From the NCBI GenBank assembly GCA_040954595.2, contig CM082589.2:586988-650987 (forward strand): 64,000 nucleotides of DNA, read 5' to 3'. This DNA comes from Balanoglossus misakiensis (taxonomy: Eukaryota; Animalia; Hemichordata). The position numbers and the translations under genes are program-made. The notes under the pieces are model-generated. The model searched no databases and was not told where the DNA came from. It worked only from the letters and a program-made list of their open reading frames with translations. Positions within the stretch are counted from its first letter, which is position 1. Every line of letters starts with the position of its first letter. This document shows, piece by piece, positions 11,889 through 25,600 of this stretch.

Positions 11889-14249
11889 ATGGCTCTGACA
11901 GCGCTACCGTTCACGTACAGTAAATTCCCACTGAAGATCCTCAACAAGGGACCGGAGTTCTTCAAACTACAGGTGGAAAACCAGGAACAACAGAAGCCCC
12001 GGAAAACAGCAGCGGAACTTTTGGCCGAGAGCCGACACAGATATGTGAAGAGTGTTGTTGAGAATAGCGCCAAGCAAAATGGACGGCAAGGTGACGTACA
12101 AACATATGAGGTGTCAGAGCAAGAAAACAAAACTTACAGTAGTCGTTATGAGACTGTGATATTTACGCCAACAAAACTACAAAGTCATAACCTTGACGTT
12201 GTAAATCAAACTACACAACCAGCGAACGCTCAGAATATAAGAACTACACAACAGAATCAAGGAGAGAAGGCCACTGTGTCGGACAAACCACCTGTACCAA
12301 AGAAACCAACAGTTAATTTACTCAATCCAAAACTGAAGGACTTCCATTCGCGAGATGCCAGTTTTGACAGCGGTGTTTATCCTCATTCCGGCGCCAATCC
12401 GATGAAAAATGGTCCACTTCAAGCGACCACGCAGGAAACGCAGACAGAACTGCGAAGAGGGAATCCATTGAATGGACAACAGTCGTCACGCTACGTGAAC
12501 ACAAACAATGGCTTGCAGATAAAACACGTCAAATCTAAAAGTGCTCCAGTGACTAACTCAGAGCATGTCAGCAAAATGGTCAACTTGTTTAATAAAATGC
12601 ACAGCGAAGATCAGACCGATGGTGTTGAAAAGCCGAACGATGACAGATATTTCAGTTATCATTCTCCAACCGAGAAAAACACCGAAGCGAATTATGAAGT
12701 GACCGATGCAAACCAGAACACTCTGCGGCCAAAAAGCCCGTGCGCACGTCGGTGTGGGCGACGGCATCACACTGTGTCCGGTGATCCTGCAGGAAGCCCA
12801 CGTAAAATACAAAGAGAATTTGAGAATCGTGAAAGTGAAACCACAGCTAGGGTTGCACGGTCGGAAATTCACGACATACATCATGGAAATGCACAGGTAA
12901 CTGAACACAGACCAACTCAGCAAAGCCAAAGTGACAGATATGGTACGTTTCCGAAAAGCCCCAGATCCAACAAGCATGAGTTCCAGCAGTATAGTCCACG
13001 AAGAAACAGCATTGGAAAAACTACACACTTGACGATGAGAGACACGAATGCAGTTGGCAATGAGAATCCCAGTTCTGCACTGACATACACCAACACTGGA
13101 AACAGTAACATTGGCAGTTTCAGTAACAAACGTTTCAGCAAAAGTCAAAACGCCATAAATGATCCTGACCATGACAACAACAGAATCATTACAAACCCAG
13201 CAAATTATGAAATTCATGATGCCAGACATAGTCACCAAAGCCCATTGGTAACTAGAAAATCTTCAGTACCCGAGAATTCTTTGAGACAAGAGATGACTGC
13301 CAAAAGTCCACACCTTGAGAAGAAAGTACCAAGTGATCTCCCAAGAAAAAGTCCAGTCGCTCAAAGACATTGCTTCAAAGCCACTCCATTGAACACGACT
13401 CCTACTAAAAGAATCGAAACTCAGAAGAACAATCGAGGTGATCGCAAATCTCCACTTGAATCGCAACTTCTTTCGCTTCTTCTGACGGAATTCGAGTACA
13501 AAAGAGAAGTTGTTGGCAAAGTGACTCCAGTAAGTGATGCAGGGTTTGACAGTAAAGGTGACAGCTTAAAGTGGTCGAGTACATATCACTCAGACAAATC
13601 TGTAACTGAGAACGAACTTGAGGATGAGCAGTGTCCTCGAGACCGCTCACCTGTAAGCGTAAAAGATCGTGCAGTCTTGGAAAGAACGTTTCAACCACAA
13701 TATGAAACACACACCAGTTATGTCCCTGACTACCGCAAGTACTTCAAGTCAGAAGAAAATTTGTTGGCCAATGCAACGCAAAACGTACAAGCATATGCTT
13801 ATATTGACAGATACAAGTACAGCAGACCATGTGTGGATGACTGTGATGTCTCGTATCACAGTGCAGAATCATCTATCCAGCATAAACTACACCGTTCCAA
13901 ATCTGATGTGAGCTATAAGTTCTCCAAGAGCAGCTTTGGCTCAGAGCAGGAGAAATTCTTCACTACAATGGGGATGGACTATTCCGTCATCGCCAATCCC
14001 AAATGGGCAGCCACCGGAGAGATATTCCACATGATGCACGGACCCCGAGATCGGAGTTCTGTGTCCGGAGACAGCCACTGGAGAGACATTTCCTGGAGAA
14101 GTGATGAGAGCAACAAGGGGCCATTCCATTTGGGATTCCCGGACAGACTTCCGGATATCTCCCAATCCGTCGTCATGAAGAATGCCCGGATCATCAAGTG
14201 GTTATGTGAATGTCGCAAAGCCAGATCCAGATCTCTTAGTATATCATAG
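11889..14249 (+). CDS. FAM110: FAM110-family protein (centrosome/microtubule-associated), single coding exon, 786 aa
   Basis: N-terminal PLKILNKGPEFF...RKTAAELLAESRHRYVKS resembles FAM110_N (PLRILNKGPDYF...RLSAVERLEADKAKYVKS). C-terminal LHRSKSDVS...EKFFTTMGMD and SVVMKNARIIKWL resemble FAM110_C. Strong start context aaaATGg. Confidence 0.9.
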   Translation: MALTALPFTYSKFPLKILNKGPEFFKLQVENQEQQKPRKTAAELLAESRHRYVKSVVENSAKQNGRQGDVQTYEVSEQENKTYSSRYETVIFTPTKLQSHNLDVVNQTTQPANAQNIRTTQQNQGEKATVSDKPPVPKKPTVNLLNPKLKDFHSRDASFDSGVYPHSGANPMKNGPLQATTQETQTELRRGNPLNGQQSSRYVNTNNGLQIKHVKSKSAPVTNSEHVSKMVNLFNKMHSEDQTDGVEKPNDDRYFSYHSPTEKNTEANYEVTDANQNTLRPKSPCARRCGRRHHTVSGDPAGSPRKIQREFENRESETTARVARSEIHDIHHGNAQVTEHRPTQQSQSDRYGTFPKSPRSNKHEFQQYSPRRNSIGKTTHLTMRDTNAVGNENPSSALTYTNTGNSNIGSFSNKRFSKSQNAINDPDHDNNRIITNPANYEIHDARHSHQSPLVTRKSSVPENSLRQEMTAKSPHLEKKVPSDLPRKSPVAQRHCFKATPLNTTPTKRIETQKNNRGDRKSPLESQLLSLLLTEFEYKREVVGKVTPVSDAGFDSKGDSLKWSSTYHSDKSVTENELEDEQCPRDRSPVSVKDRAVLERTFQPQYETHTSYVPDYRKYFKSEENLLANATQNVQAYAYIDRYKYSRPCVDDCDVSYHSAESSIQHKLHRSKSDVSYKFSKSSFGSEQEKFFTTMGMDYSVIANPKWAATGEIFHMMHGPRDRSSVSGDSHWRDISWRSDESNKGPFHLGFPDRLPDISQSVVMKNARIIKWLCECRKARSRSLSIS

Positions 14250-17097
14250 CCTGTGATCCATCAACAGTATTGCCACCAAAACATCAGGTAGGTCATTCCT
14301 GAATTCACCAAAGACATTCAATGGCTCACAAACACAGTAATGAATTGGACAGAGCCATGGTAGTTGAAAAGGTTAATCAGTAAAGATATCACACACACCA
14401 TAAAAAGCAAGGATAGTTTCAGCTGAACAGTACAAAAACTGTTCATTTATTTGGTCCATTTTATGTTTGGTAGTAACTGACATCATGTGGCCTTTCTCAA
14501 TTTCCTTCTGCATTTAGATTTAAATTGGTTTTATTGTTTCTGTCAGGCCGGAGTTCCTGGCACACATTTGCACCTATGTATAGGTGAAAGGGCTAAAAAC
14601 AATGTGTACATGTATTAAACAAGTACAAGTTGTCTGTGGTAGACAATGGTTGGTTCTTGTGCAATAATTCACAAAACAACAAAAACAGGTTGAGACAAAG
14701 ATGCTTCACACCTCGTATAAATAGCTTTAACCTGATTTGCTCACACTGGTCACTCTTAGGTATAAATGTACACTACTGTTATAGAGTTGTAGCAGACCTG
14801 CTTTGGTCTTATCATGTTGTTGCTGATTGGTCGGTTATGGTCTGAAAGCAGGTGTGCTCCAGGTGTCACAAATATCTCCTTTATGAGCGACAGGTGGAGC
14901 AGAACTGCAACTTGGCCAAAATGACAACTTATTGAGATATACTCAAAATGCAAGGGTTTCACTGTGTGAAAATGATCCCAGTTTTGTTTAATCGATGTGC
15001 ATTACAATATCATGACCACTGAACCGCTGTGAGAAACCAATTACCCTGGTGAAGTTGACAACAATACAGTTTTCAGACTTTGTCAAAATTAAACGCCTCA
15101 GCTGTTGTTCAGGGACTTGTCCAAACTTGACCTCATTGAATTTACTTGTATTGAGCGATCGAGGGATCTTTAAACTCTCCTCTTCATTGTTACACCTTCA
15201 CCGAGTGTTTGCTTGTCTTTCCATATTAACCCCAAACATTCCATAACAATGGAGTATTAACATACAAAGCTTGGCTTTCACTCGCAATGACATCTTAGAG
15301 AAGACTGATTTAGTGATCCCGACACAGAGCGTGGGACAATTCAACTTGATGATGGTGACATATTTTCTGTTGTTCGTTTGATTACTCGAGAGCTAGTAAA
15401 TTAGTTTTGTGATTGGCCATTTCGCAGAGTTGGCAATCATTGACATTTCTACTCAGAAACACCAGTATTTTACAATTGATCAGAAGATTGGTAAAGTTTG
15501 TAGTTAAGCCTTGAAAGGCGAACTTGTCCAAAAGTCTTCAACATGTTTGAACAGTGTATTTGAGAACTCGTGTCACAAGAAGTACATTGGCTATTTATAT
15601 CGAACATTAGTTGCAACAGCTCAGTGTCGAAAAATGAGTAACAGCATAATATTTCAGCTAAAAATACTGGAGATGGTTTGACTGACGATGACAGAGAAGT
15701 ATGTTTATTTCTGGGACACTTGCCAGGCTAGAACGTGTTGCAGTTTGGGTCATGTTAATGTTGTAGGGTGGAATTTCAGTGTTCTAAGCGGTGCGTACTA
15801 CTTCTTGGGGGTATGGTTGAATATAACAGAGACACTTGAAGTGTTCCTCTGTTTTGGTGTCTGTGATTCTGAAAGAAGATTGTTTTCAAGATAATGGCAG
15901 ACAATTCATCCGCATTCCGTAAAACAGTCATTTAATCTTCATGGATATATTTGGCAACATTCCACTTGTTCGGTTGAAAAGATTTCACCAGACAATACGC
16001 ATTAGTTTCAGAATTATCCTGTTGCATTCTGTTGAATTGCACGGTTTTTGATTTTAAAAGGAAATGACATCAATGTTTCAAGAGGGTGGAAATGCAACAC
16101 AGAAAGACTTGAAATTTTAAATCTAAAAATATATTTTGTCTCAGTTGACGCAAATACAGACATTTCAACAATGTGTGAAGTTTGGTGGTAGAAAAAAATT
16201 GGCTGATTTATGATTATCGGTGCAGTCATGAACATCAAAGAGAAGAACTAAAATCAAGCAGTTAATTTGTTTGATGTTTTGCCAACCCATTTATTATTAT
16301 TATCATGAATAGTTGAAGTAATTTTATCCAGGCTGTATCAAGAACATCCTGACGAGATCATTTAAACCCCTTTCCATCGTTTATTGATTTCACATTATTT
16401 GTAAACAGAAATCAGTCGCTGTTCTAACAATGCTGCACTTTATCATGCATTGTGAACGATCAGGTATTTCGGCCGCTTTTGTTGCCCCCAAAAAATCTTT
16501 GCCAGATTCCATGCATTCCTTTGTGCATTGGTTTAAGTTGTGTGCCTGGCAACAGTAGCAATTGTGTGTAGAACAATGGCATGAACTATCGCTATCACAG
16601 AACAATACCTAGAATACAATGCATTTTTGTCTCAACCATTTCACCGGGTTGGATTTTTTGTTTGCAAAAATGTTAGCTTTAAGTCTCATTTGTCTTCAAA
16701 ATTTTGTCAAAATGATAAATCTGTTGGTTATCATTTAAGGTGTAGTGATAGTGTCCAGAATTTGTTTGTTTGTGAGTTCTTTCAACACCCTGATGTACTC
16801 GTTAATTGGCCACAAACATGACCCTTGAATCTATCTACACTTAACCAGTTGTCGAAAGGAATGGGAACATCGAAAATATTCCTGCCACCTTCCAAACCAA
16901 CAACAAATTAAATTCCATTCCATTTCACCACAGTCCTACCATGCATAGCAAAAATGGTGTCGATGTTAGGTTACCGTGGCAGCAAGAACAATAGGCTCTA
17001 TTCAGAGCTCAAATAACTTTTCGGACATTTAAAAAAGATATACAACTGGGTCCGGCCAGGTAGTAACAGTGGCATTTAATGTTAGGAATTGAATTTT

Positions 17098-17147
17098 AAT
17101 GAATGAATGAATGAATGAGTGAATAAATGAGTGAATAAATGAATGAA
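17098..17147. repeat. Imperfect (GAAT)n microsatellite
   Basis: gaatgaatgaatgaatgagtgaataaatgagtgaataaatgaatgaa. Confidence 0.9.
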
Positions 17148-20100
17148 CAGACTGAAATTGATGGACACCTCATCACTTTTATGACATTACATGTATCCTA
17201 AACTATGTGTGAATCATTCACAAGTTATTACCAAACTCTAGCTATTTCAAGAACTGTAATACAAGATGAAAAGAGAGATCAGTAATAGTCAATAATTTTT
17301 ATCTTTTGGTAATTTTATCAGTGAGAGGTTGATCTGTGATGAATCACCAGGGATAGGCACACATGTAGCTGAATGAAGCTCCATCACAAAGTTGGAAAAA
17401 TGCAATTCTGTATCAGCATTAAAAATAGCTGGTTAAATTTGTCAACATGGAAAGTAGACAAGCTTTTTCTGAAGTTATGCCAGGCCTGACCTCTACATGG
17501 CTGAATGACCCCAAGTGCATCTTCAGTCACTGACCCCAGAAATGAAAGTCGTATCATCGATGCAGAAAGACAACGGTCTTTGACTCTTTGCCAATATATT
17601 TTCATCCTATACACCAAACTGATACCTGATATATTTTCAGGGTTGCGTTGAATTGCTAGACAGTGTGTGGTCGATATGACTGCAGCTTATGTAATGTCTA
17701 TAAGTGCAATCTTGATATCCAGAAAATATAGACAAATACAAACAGCTGCTATCTTTTCAGATTTCAAATGATCCTGCACAAGCTTGGGTAAAGAAATGAA
17801 TGGGAAAATCTAAAGGATGTTCATGTCTGTCTTCACTGTGTCTATGTCTGTGGCATTTGGCATTGAAAGAAAGATTAGCAGTAAAATTTAAGGAGGATCT
17901 ATCACAAGGCACTGCGACAAAGTTGTATACAAGTAACGTAGACGATGTATCAAATGATGGCTATCATTGCAAGGACAAATGTTATCAGCAAAGATATCCT
18001 TGGTTACACTATGATAACCGCATCACAACTTTCGTAAACATGGTACGGGTTTAGACCCAGAAGCTGTTCTGGCTGAGTTGCAGCATTTCAGCTGGTCAGT
18101 CAGTATTACATGTACATAGAAATTGTCACTCATATTGTCAGTTAGTATTGACCCTTTATAGTGAATCATGAACATGTATGTTGACTTATTTATGGACTAG
18201 ACTAATGAAGTGATCCTCAGGCAGTATAGGGTACAGTGGCTGTTCCTGTCAAGTTCTCGATAAAGCAATGTTTACAGTTTGGAGTGATATATCTCTTGTT
18301 TTCACAGACAGAGCAAGGCCAATACAAAGTCTGTCAACATCAATCAAAATTGAATCAGTCATTAAAATGTCAAATCAAGCCTCTCTGTAAAATATGAGAG
18401 AGTAGCCTCGCTCAGACCTAAACATTGTAAAGGAGTTTGTTTTCCACAACACTGCAGATAAACAGGAGATCCTGTGTTCATTTGCACATAAACTTAATTT
18501 GTGTTTTGGTATTTAAGCCCTTTTCAGTTCAAAATATATATAAAGCATAACCGAACCATCAAGTCAAGTGATGTTGTTTTGATTACACATATAATACATG
18601 GTGGATTATGTTAGCTACTGTTACCAAGGACACCAGGTTGTGAAGGACACAAATGCAAAAATGTGGCAATGATTTACGCTCGGCATAAGGTTTTGCTATG
18701 GTAACCATGGAGGCATGCCAGATGGAGTTCGTATATCACTAATCAGTTTCAAGTTGAATGTCAAATCACTGAATTTTTTAAATTTTTATTCATTTCAGAT
18801 CTTGAAAATTTGGTGCCAAATTATGATGGTCCAGAGGGACTGGATCCTGAGGTGTGGTGCAGCGCCCTCTACGGACAGCATTGTGCTCAGACTCACGTGG
18901 TGTTGAGGGCGTCATTTATACACCCAGCACAAAGACTCGGATTTACAATTCCACGCAAGCCAGCTAAAGCTTGCCATCAATGAACCTCTGAAACAACTCC
19001 TACGCATCATACAAATGTTAAAAGACTATTAACGGATTCTCTGAGATTTAAAAGACTCTTCTCTGTAAATATTTCCATGTGCCTTGCACCAATCTCAAAT
19101 ATGAGACGCAATATCCGAAAACTTACCACTTCCATGTCTTGTCAGAAAAAGAATTTGTGATGATGAAATTGAGAATTGTGATGTCATCAATGTACAAATA
19201 CATTTACAGCTGACATACATTTTCTTTCAATTGAACTGGAAACACAAAGTTGCCTTGTACATTTTGTTCTTTTATAGTACTGTTTATTTTGTTTTGTTTT
19301 GTTCATAGTGGCGATTCAAAGGTTTAATAAGAGCTAGGTTAGAAATAAATTATTTTGTTGTCTATTTTAGATTTTGAAGGAACTTTCTCTAGGGTAATTT
19401 TTCAAGACGTTTACTTTCTTGACAGTATTTTGGAATAGTGGCCGATTGTTCATGGTGATACTTTCAGTTTCTGTAAGAATTTGAATCCTTCACATTGCCT
19501 TGGATGCAAAGTAACAATTTCCATGGTTACAGTTTTGTGACCAAATTGTTCTCGGATTAAAAATGGAAGATTGATCCAAACTTCCAAATTTTTTAACCTC
19601 ATGATCATCCAACTTGTGTCATGCCAGTTTCCCTAGCCAAAAACTCTCCCGGTGAAGAATTTAAGAGAGAACAATTCTTGCCAAAAATGAAAAATGAAAA
19701 ACTACTGATTTGCCAGTCCGCACAGATTACAAAGAATTCCTTACTTCCACAAAGCTGTAATTTATTTCAATTCACAACTCCAACCATTTCTCTGTTGGCT
19801 TTGAATATAGAGATAGTGGTTTCATTTGGTTTAAAATCAATTTAGAAATTGTGGGAGGCAAAATTTAGGTACAGATTTGGAGAGGTGGTAATAAGTTATG
19901 AGATGATTTATAGTATAGATTTGGTCGAATGAAAATAAATGCACAAATAATGTCAATGATGACAACTTAATTAAAAATACCTTAGTGCTGTGTTTCTGAA
20001 ATAATGTTTTCGAGGGCTATTACCATGGCAACATAAATGGAAATTAGAGGGTTTTTAGGGGGGAGGCGGCAGAGAGGTTATCGTGTATTATTCAACTTTG

Positions 20101-20945
20101 AATTTAAATCAAGACATTGTCCTATAAGAAGCAAGAACATATTTTTCCCACATGGGTTTCTCGAAACCTGTTTGTACTTGAAGAGTTTTCTGGTGATTCA
20201 TGTCATCAGCTAGCTGTAAAAATTTTGAAGTCTATTAAAAGATCTTTAACTACAATATTTATGTTGTTTCATGTCCGAACGTTCATTTTCGATATAGTTG
20301 CCTAACACCTTATATATTGGAGTTAACATACACAGCTTTTGGTAATTTTTATCGAGAGAAAAAAACATCGAAAAAAGGGTCAGAAAATCAAGACAAGACA
20401 AGGCGAGTGTGGAGAGCGCCCTCTGTCGACGAAATGTAGTTTTGATATTTCGCCTGCTCTTTTGTCTAGATTATATAGTTTAATATCCCAATTCGCATTT
20501 TTACCCAAATCAGTAAATCTATAAAACTCGGAGAAACAACCTGGGATTTCCGTACCACAAATAGGCCTACATGGGAATCATAGATCACCATAGCAACAAG
20601 CTATTACAAAATAATGGTTCACATTAATATTACATGTACGTTTCAACACAAACATGCGCACATTCTGTTATTTTAACTCGTGTTCATAATATCACTTTGA
20701 CATGTGAAAAACAGGACGAGCGAATGATAAAATCTGGACATGATCACAGAGACATGATGTAATGATCGGATCGAAATGAATATTCATTTTTTGGCGTGTA
20801 ACGATTCATGATATTGCCATATTTGGCTAAACTATAATATGTCGGTGGATCTATTTTCCCAGGTGAATATTGTCCGTCCAGGTACCTTGGTATCTGATAA
20901 AGACAAGTTGCGTGAGTTACGCTTCCTTATATGGTCACTATGTTA

Positions 20946-20975
20946 TGTTTACGGTCTACCTGTGGTCACGTGACC
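20946..20975 (+). promoter_or_regulatory. FoxO site next to a CLEAR/USF-type E-box upstream of the F-box gene
   Basis: TGTTTAC at 20946-20952 and palindromic GGTCACGTGACC at 20964-20975, at the edge of a CpG-rich zone. A strong donor CAG|GTGAGT at 21287/21288 suggests a non-coding first exon. Confidence 0.4.
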
Positions 20976-22678
20976 TTCAGCGATCTATAGATATAGAATG
21001 AGTCAGTCGTTGAACTCGCGTTTTTGCCTTATTTGGGGCATCGTTCTTTTGTTTTTGGGGCGAAAACAAGCATGAATGTAAATTGTCGAAATGGATTTTG
21101 GGGGGTAAGGGGACCGAATGAAGCTAAAAATAGTGACTGACACCAAATGTTGCCTGTTAAGTGTGCTGTTAAGCTATATCGACGGTATAGTCGTTTGCGC
21201 ACGCACATGAGCAACACTCGCTTGCCAGTGTTTCCACTACGTTGAAGCATAACAACACTGTCAGACAGATTAGAAACGATCAAACAGGTGAGTACAGATT
21301 TTTTCCTGGAAAAAACCCATTGCACTTATTTTAAAAAGTCAACTGGTAAGTTCCTGATTGTCTTGAATAAACGTCCAAGCGTTTTACCAGATGCACAGCA
21401 GACTGCAGAACACTCTACAGATATATGTCCTTGGAAGGTCTGAAGTACATCATAGGCCTAAGCACTTGTAAAAGGACCTAAACTGGCATATTGTGATAAT
21501 GGTAAACACCGTTGCCAGCTGAAACTAATTTGGAGAGAATCTTTAACAATATCTGTACGAGTTTTTTTTCGAAATGGAATGAATGATCAATTTCACCAGT
21601 GAAAGCGGTAACTTGGAGATATTACGTAACTGCTTACATTAAGCTGCATTAAGTATTGAATCGCATGATCCTATTCTTTTTTTTCAATTTGCCAGTTAGT
21701 CCCTCTATATGCGATTTGTAAAAATAACTCATCTCGTCACCCTCCCCATCGTCCTACTTTCAAGGCGGCTATCGCTCGTGGACATTGTACCCGTTTTAAA
21801 TATTTCCATATGTCTGTTATTTTCGCGGACTGACGACGTAAGCCTGCATGCCACCCGCTAAACTTAACTTGCATTGCTTTGCTTAACTTTGTTTTACATT
21901 AAAGGTAATATTGTTCACCCTAGTTAAGTGTTAAATTGTTCAACAACACATCCACAACCAGAGAAAGCGGTAAGCGACTCGAGAAAAAAATGCAACCGCG
22001 TCTAACTGCGGGCGAATTTTAAGCGCAGATCGCCCTCTACGACCAGTTCGGCCATACCATCGTTTAACACTGCAATATACACAACGCGTCAATTTCATGA
22101 TACATACAACATGTACGTGTACATGATATGGGACAGGACAAGAAATCGGACGAACGATTTGCGCTGTCGGTGAACCCTATTTTAATGATCAGTATTTCCT
22201 GTAAAAACAAAGATCCAGAAAAAAATACACCATGGTTATCTGGCTACGTATGCCGTTGGTATCAAACACAGACCGAATTCTTGATAACCCGTGTCTGATA
22301 ACTAAGCCTTGAGGACGTACTCAGGTCACATGATCAATCAGCTGTAAAAATAAACAAGCCCAGAATATACCATAATGTTCAAGGGGACGCCCTGCCGACG
22401 GGATATATATGTTTAATCGTATAATAGTAATAATCAGAGATGATGATTTCCTTTAACGATTGAAGTACTTTTAAGACGAAGATTATTTTTGTTTGGTTGA
22501 AAGGAGTCATGTTTTTTTAAGTTATCAACTCGCAATATATAGCCGTCTTTAGTGACCCTACCCATGCAATGAATTCTTTCAACCAAAACATTGGACGTCG
22601 TTTCCTCAGTGCAACACGCAGTTTTATTTTGACTGAACACTTACATGCTCGGTAGAACGACATCGACGAACAAGAAAA

Positions 22679-25600
22679 ATGCCGTTCTTGGGGCTCGATT
22701 GGCGAGCGCCGGGCCAAAATTGGGTCCGAACACGGAAAGGTTGGGAAATGCTTCTTGCCTTGAGGGAAAACCTGAATACGCACATCAAAAAGATGGCAAA
22801 AGAACGGTAAGATTTGTTTCCGATGATGATCGTTTGAGAAAAAAATATTTTTGTATTTACATATTGCTTTGTGTTGAGATGTGCGCCACAAACCTTGGCA
22901 AAGACGCAAGTTCGTGAACGGACAGATTAGACAAAGAAGCAAGTGAGGTATTTCTTCATCTATGCTTCAACATTTCCATCATCAGTAAATTACTGTTTCC
23001 AAGAAAAAAAAACCCGCATCATTTTCGTAGTCAAATAATTACATCGAGTGTAGCTTACATTTTCTTATTCTTACGTCGTCATGTTTCCTTCACGTGATAC
23101 CAAACAGACATCATCATTTTGCATTAAGATTTACAAAACTGATCGATTTTAAATGGCGTGGGCAGTGTTAATCGTGTTCCACTGAGGACGGCGCGGTCGT
23201 TGCTATGGGAACGGTTACGGCAATGTAAATTTATGAATCCTTGGGTGGTCAGTTGCATAATCGGAGGTCTGGGAAGGATGGGGGAGGGAGATGAAGATGA
23301 AATAATTGAAAACTGACGTGACTTGCCTTAAAGTTTGAAATCAATGTTATATACATTTTTGATGAAAAATGTCACACCAAGTTATATTTCAATCTCTCGA
23401 CTTGTCAGCGATTGGTTACTTGCAAAAGGCTTGAAACTGATAAAGTCACCCTGTTAACAACACTGTACAGTCAGATTTACTGAATGTTGGCAAGAAGATA
23501 AAAATGAAACTTGAGGCAGATGTGATGCAAGTGTTGTCATAGCAACCAGATTCAGCCCCTGGCTCTCATCCAACATGGCTGCCTAAGTGATGATGTCAGT
23601 AGTTTAACAGGAAGCTTCAGAATTTCCTCTGAAATACTGATGCTGTACTCCACAGAAATAGTTTCGTAAAATGTGATACAGTGACAGTTTGCTCTCATGT
23701 ACTTTATCAACAGTTTTACAACAATTTGAGGTTTTTTTCTCAGATATTTGGTTCTGAATGAGAGAACAAGTTTAGCTGAATCCAACCAAGAACGGAATAA
23801 TTTGGAAGTGGAAAACAAGAAGAAGGAAGACATCCCAGAGTTAAGAAACAACAACAATTTTAAAGAGGAAAACAACAACAATAACGACAACAACAGAATG
23901 GTTGAAATGCAAGGTAAAGTATTAAACTGTCACAGACATCACTTAAGCTTCGTACGTAGAAATAACTACCCTAAAACCTTTCATACTGCATGTATGACAT
24001 GACAAGAAAATGTCTTCTGATTTGTTTCAGATCGGAATGAACCTTTGTACTTATTTGTTCGTAAAGGACCCCGTAATGTGAGTAGATCATTTTATTTTAT
24101 TTTATCATTCAATACCAAGATCCATCTAGTTAGACTTTCAACAGGCCCTTTGTATCTATGCCTTCTCCAAAACACGAAAAATTACGGTCTAAACTATCCA
24201 TGCATCAGTGGTGAAAAGCGCCCTCACAGTCCAGTTCTCTAAATTCTGCCAGTTTAGCTCACGTATACGGTATATAGGTAGGTAGTTCCCATGTTCTTTT
24301 ATGTTTTATGAAGAGATTATTAAAACAACAATGTTCATTCCTTTTAAAGTTAACACTTGGTACTATCAACCTAGCAGAGGTCATGATGAAATTGAACTTT
24401 GGCCTGGTTGCCAGGGATCCAAGGAAATTTAACTATGTCACTAAGGTGAGAAAGTCTCCTGAACACTTGTTCTAAAATCTCTGAAAACTTAAGGTAATGT
24501 CTCAAAATGATTGAATTGTGATATCAATGGAAATATATTTGATAACTGATTTCTGTTCTGCAGGTATTGGAGTTTGTTATCACACAACAGTTCAGTGATG
24601 TCAGTGGTACAACACAAAAACACATTCTGAATGTTATTGGGCAGATGGTCAATCATGGTAAGAATTTCAAATTTTACTTTTTCACTCTAAGTGGGAAATC
24701 AGTGGTTCCACGAAAACCTTTCCATCTTGTTCAGAACATCAATAAGAGCATTTTATATTACGATAATAAATCAAGTCTTTTGGTTTACAGCTGTAAATGA
24801 AATGCACCAGAATATCAGCCGTGTTGCAGATTTGTTGCAACTTGTGGAGACTGCTCTTGTCGATGGCAAGCTACGACATGTTGGAAGCAAAAAAGTCTGG
24901 GAGAAGAAATTGTTGACCGTGCAAACTTGGAGGAAAGAATTATCAGATGTTGAATATCCAGTGGTAAGTTGATGGTTTTATGTAACATATACGGTACCAT
25001 CTCTCAGCACATAGTACATTTTGTCACGCACATGTACATGAATCTCTATTTATATGTATTCCAGAGAGAGGAAGATGGTGGAATGATGATGACATATTTA
25101 CCCGACGACTGTTTACGGCAAATCATAAGCAGGATACCAAATCACAAAGACCTTGTCAACCTAAGTGCAACAAACTACAAATTCAACACACTCGTCAATG
25201 AAGACAACCAGTGGAAAGATTTGTGTGTTTACCACTTCACAGAAAAACAGGTTTGTTTGAAACTCTCCATTCAGCATAATAATACCGAATCAAGTAGTGA
25301 TAAACATTTCTACAACAAAGAAGACAAGTTAATGTGCTACAACTGACAGATATTAATCGAGAAATTTTTCATTTCTCTCACAGATATGGTCAGCATTGCC
25401 AGTTGATGAAGAGGATTATGTCGACTGGCGGAAGGTTTACCAAAAACTGAACAAACGACACAAAAAGAAAGAACAATACATAGAGAAGTTGAAACTTTGC
25501 AACCGATGTCACTGTGTCTTCTGGAATGTAAGTATTTGTATCTTAGCTACACTGCCATTGGCTGTGTGCGCTGATACAGTTGCACTTTAGCCAATCATAT

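Noticed and set aside
11750-14218. Antisense and alternate-frame ORFs over FAM110 (e.g. 12558-13238, 226 aa)
   Set aside because: Shadow ORFs of a real coding exon with no recognisable motifs.
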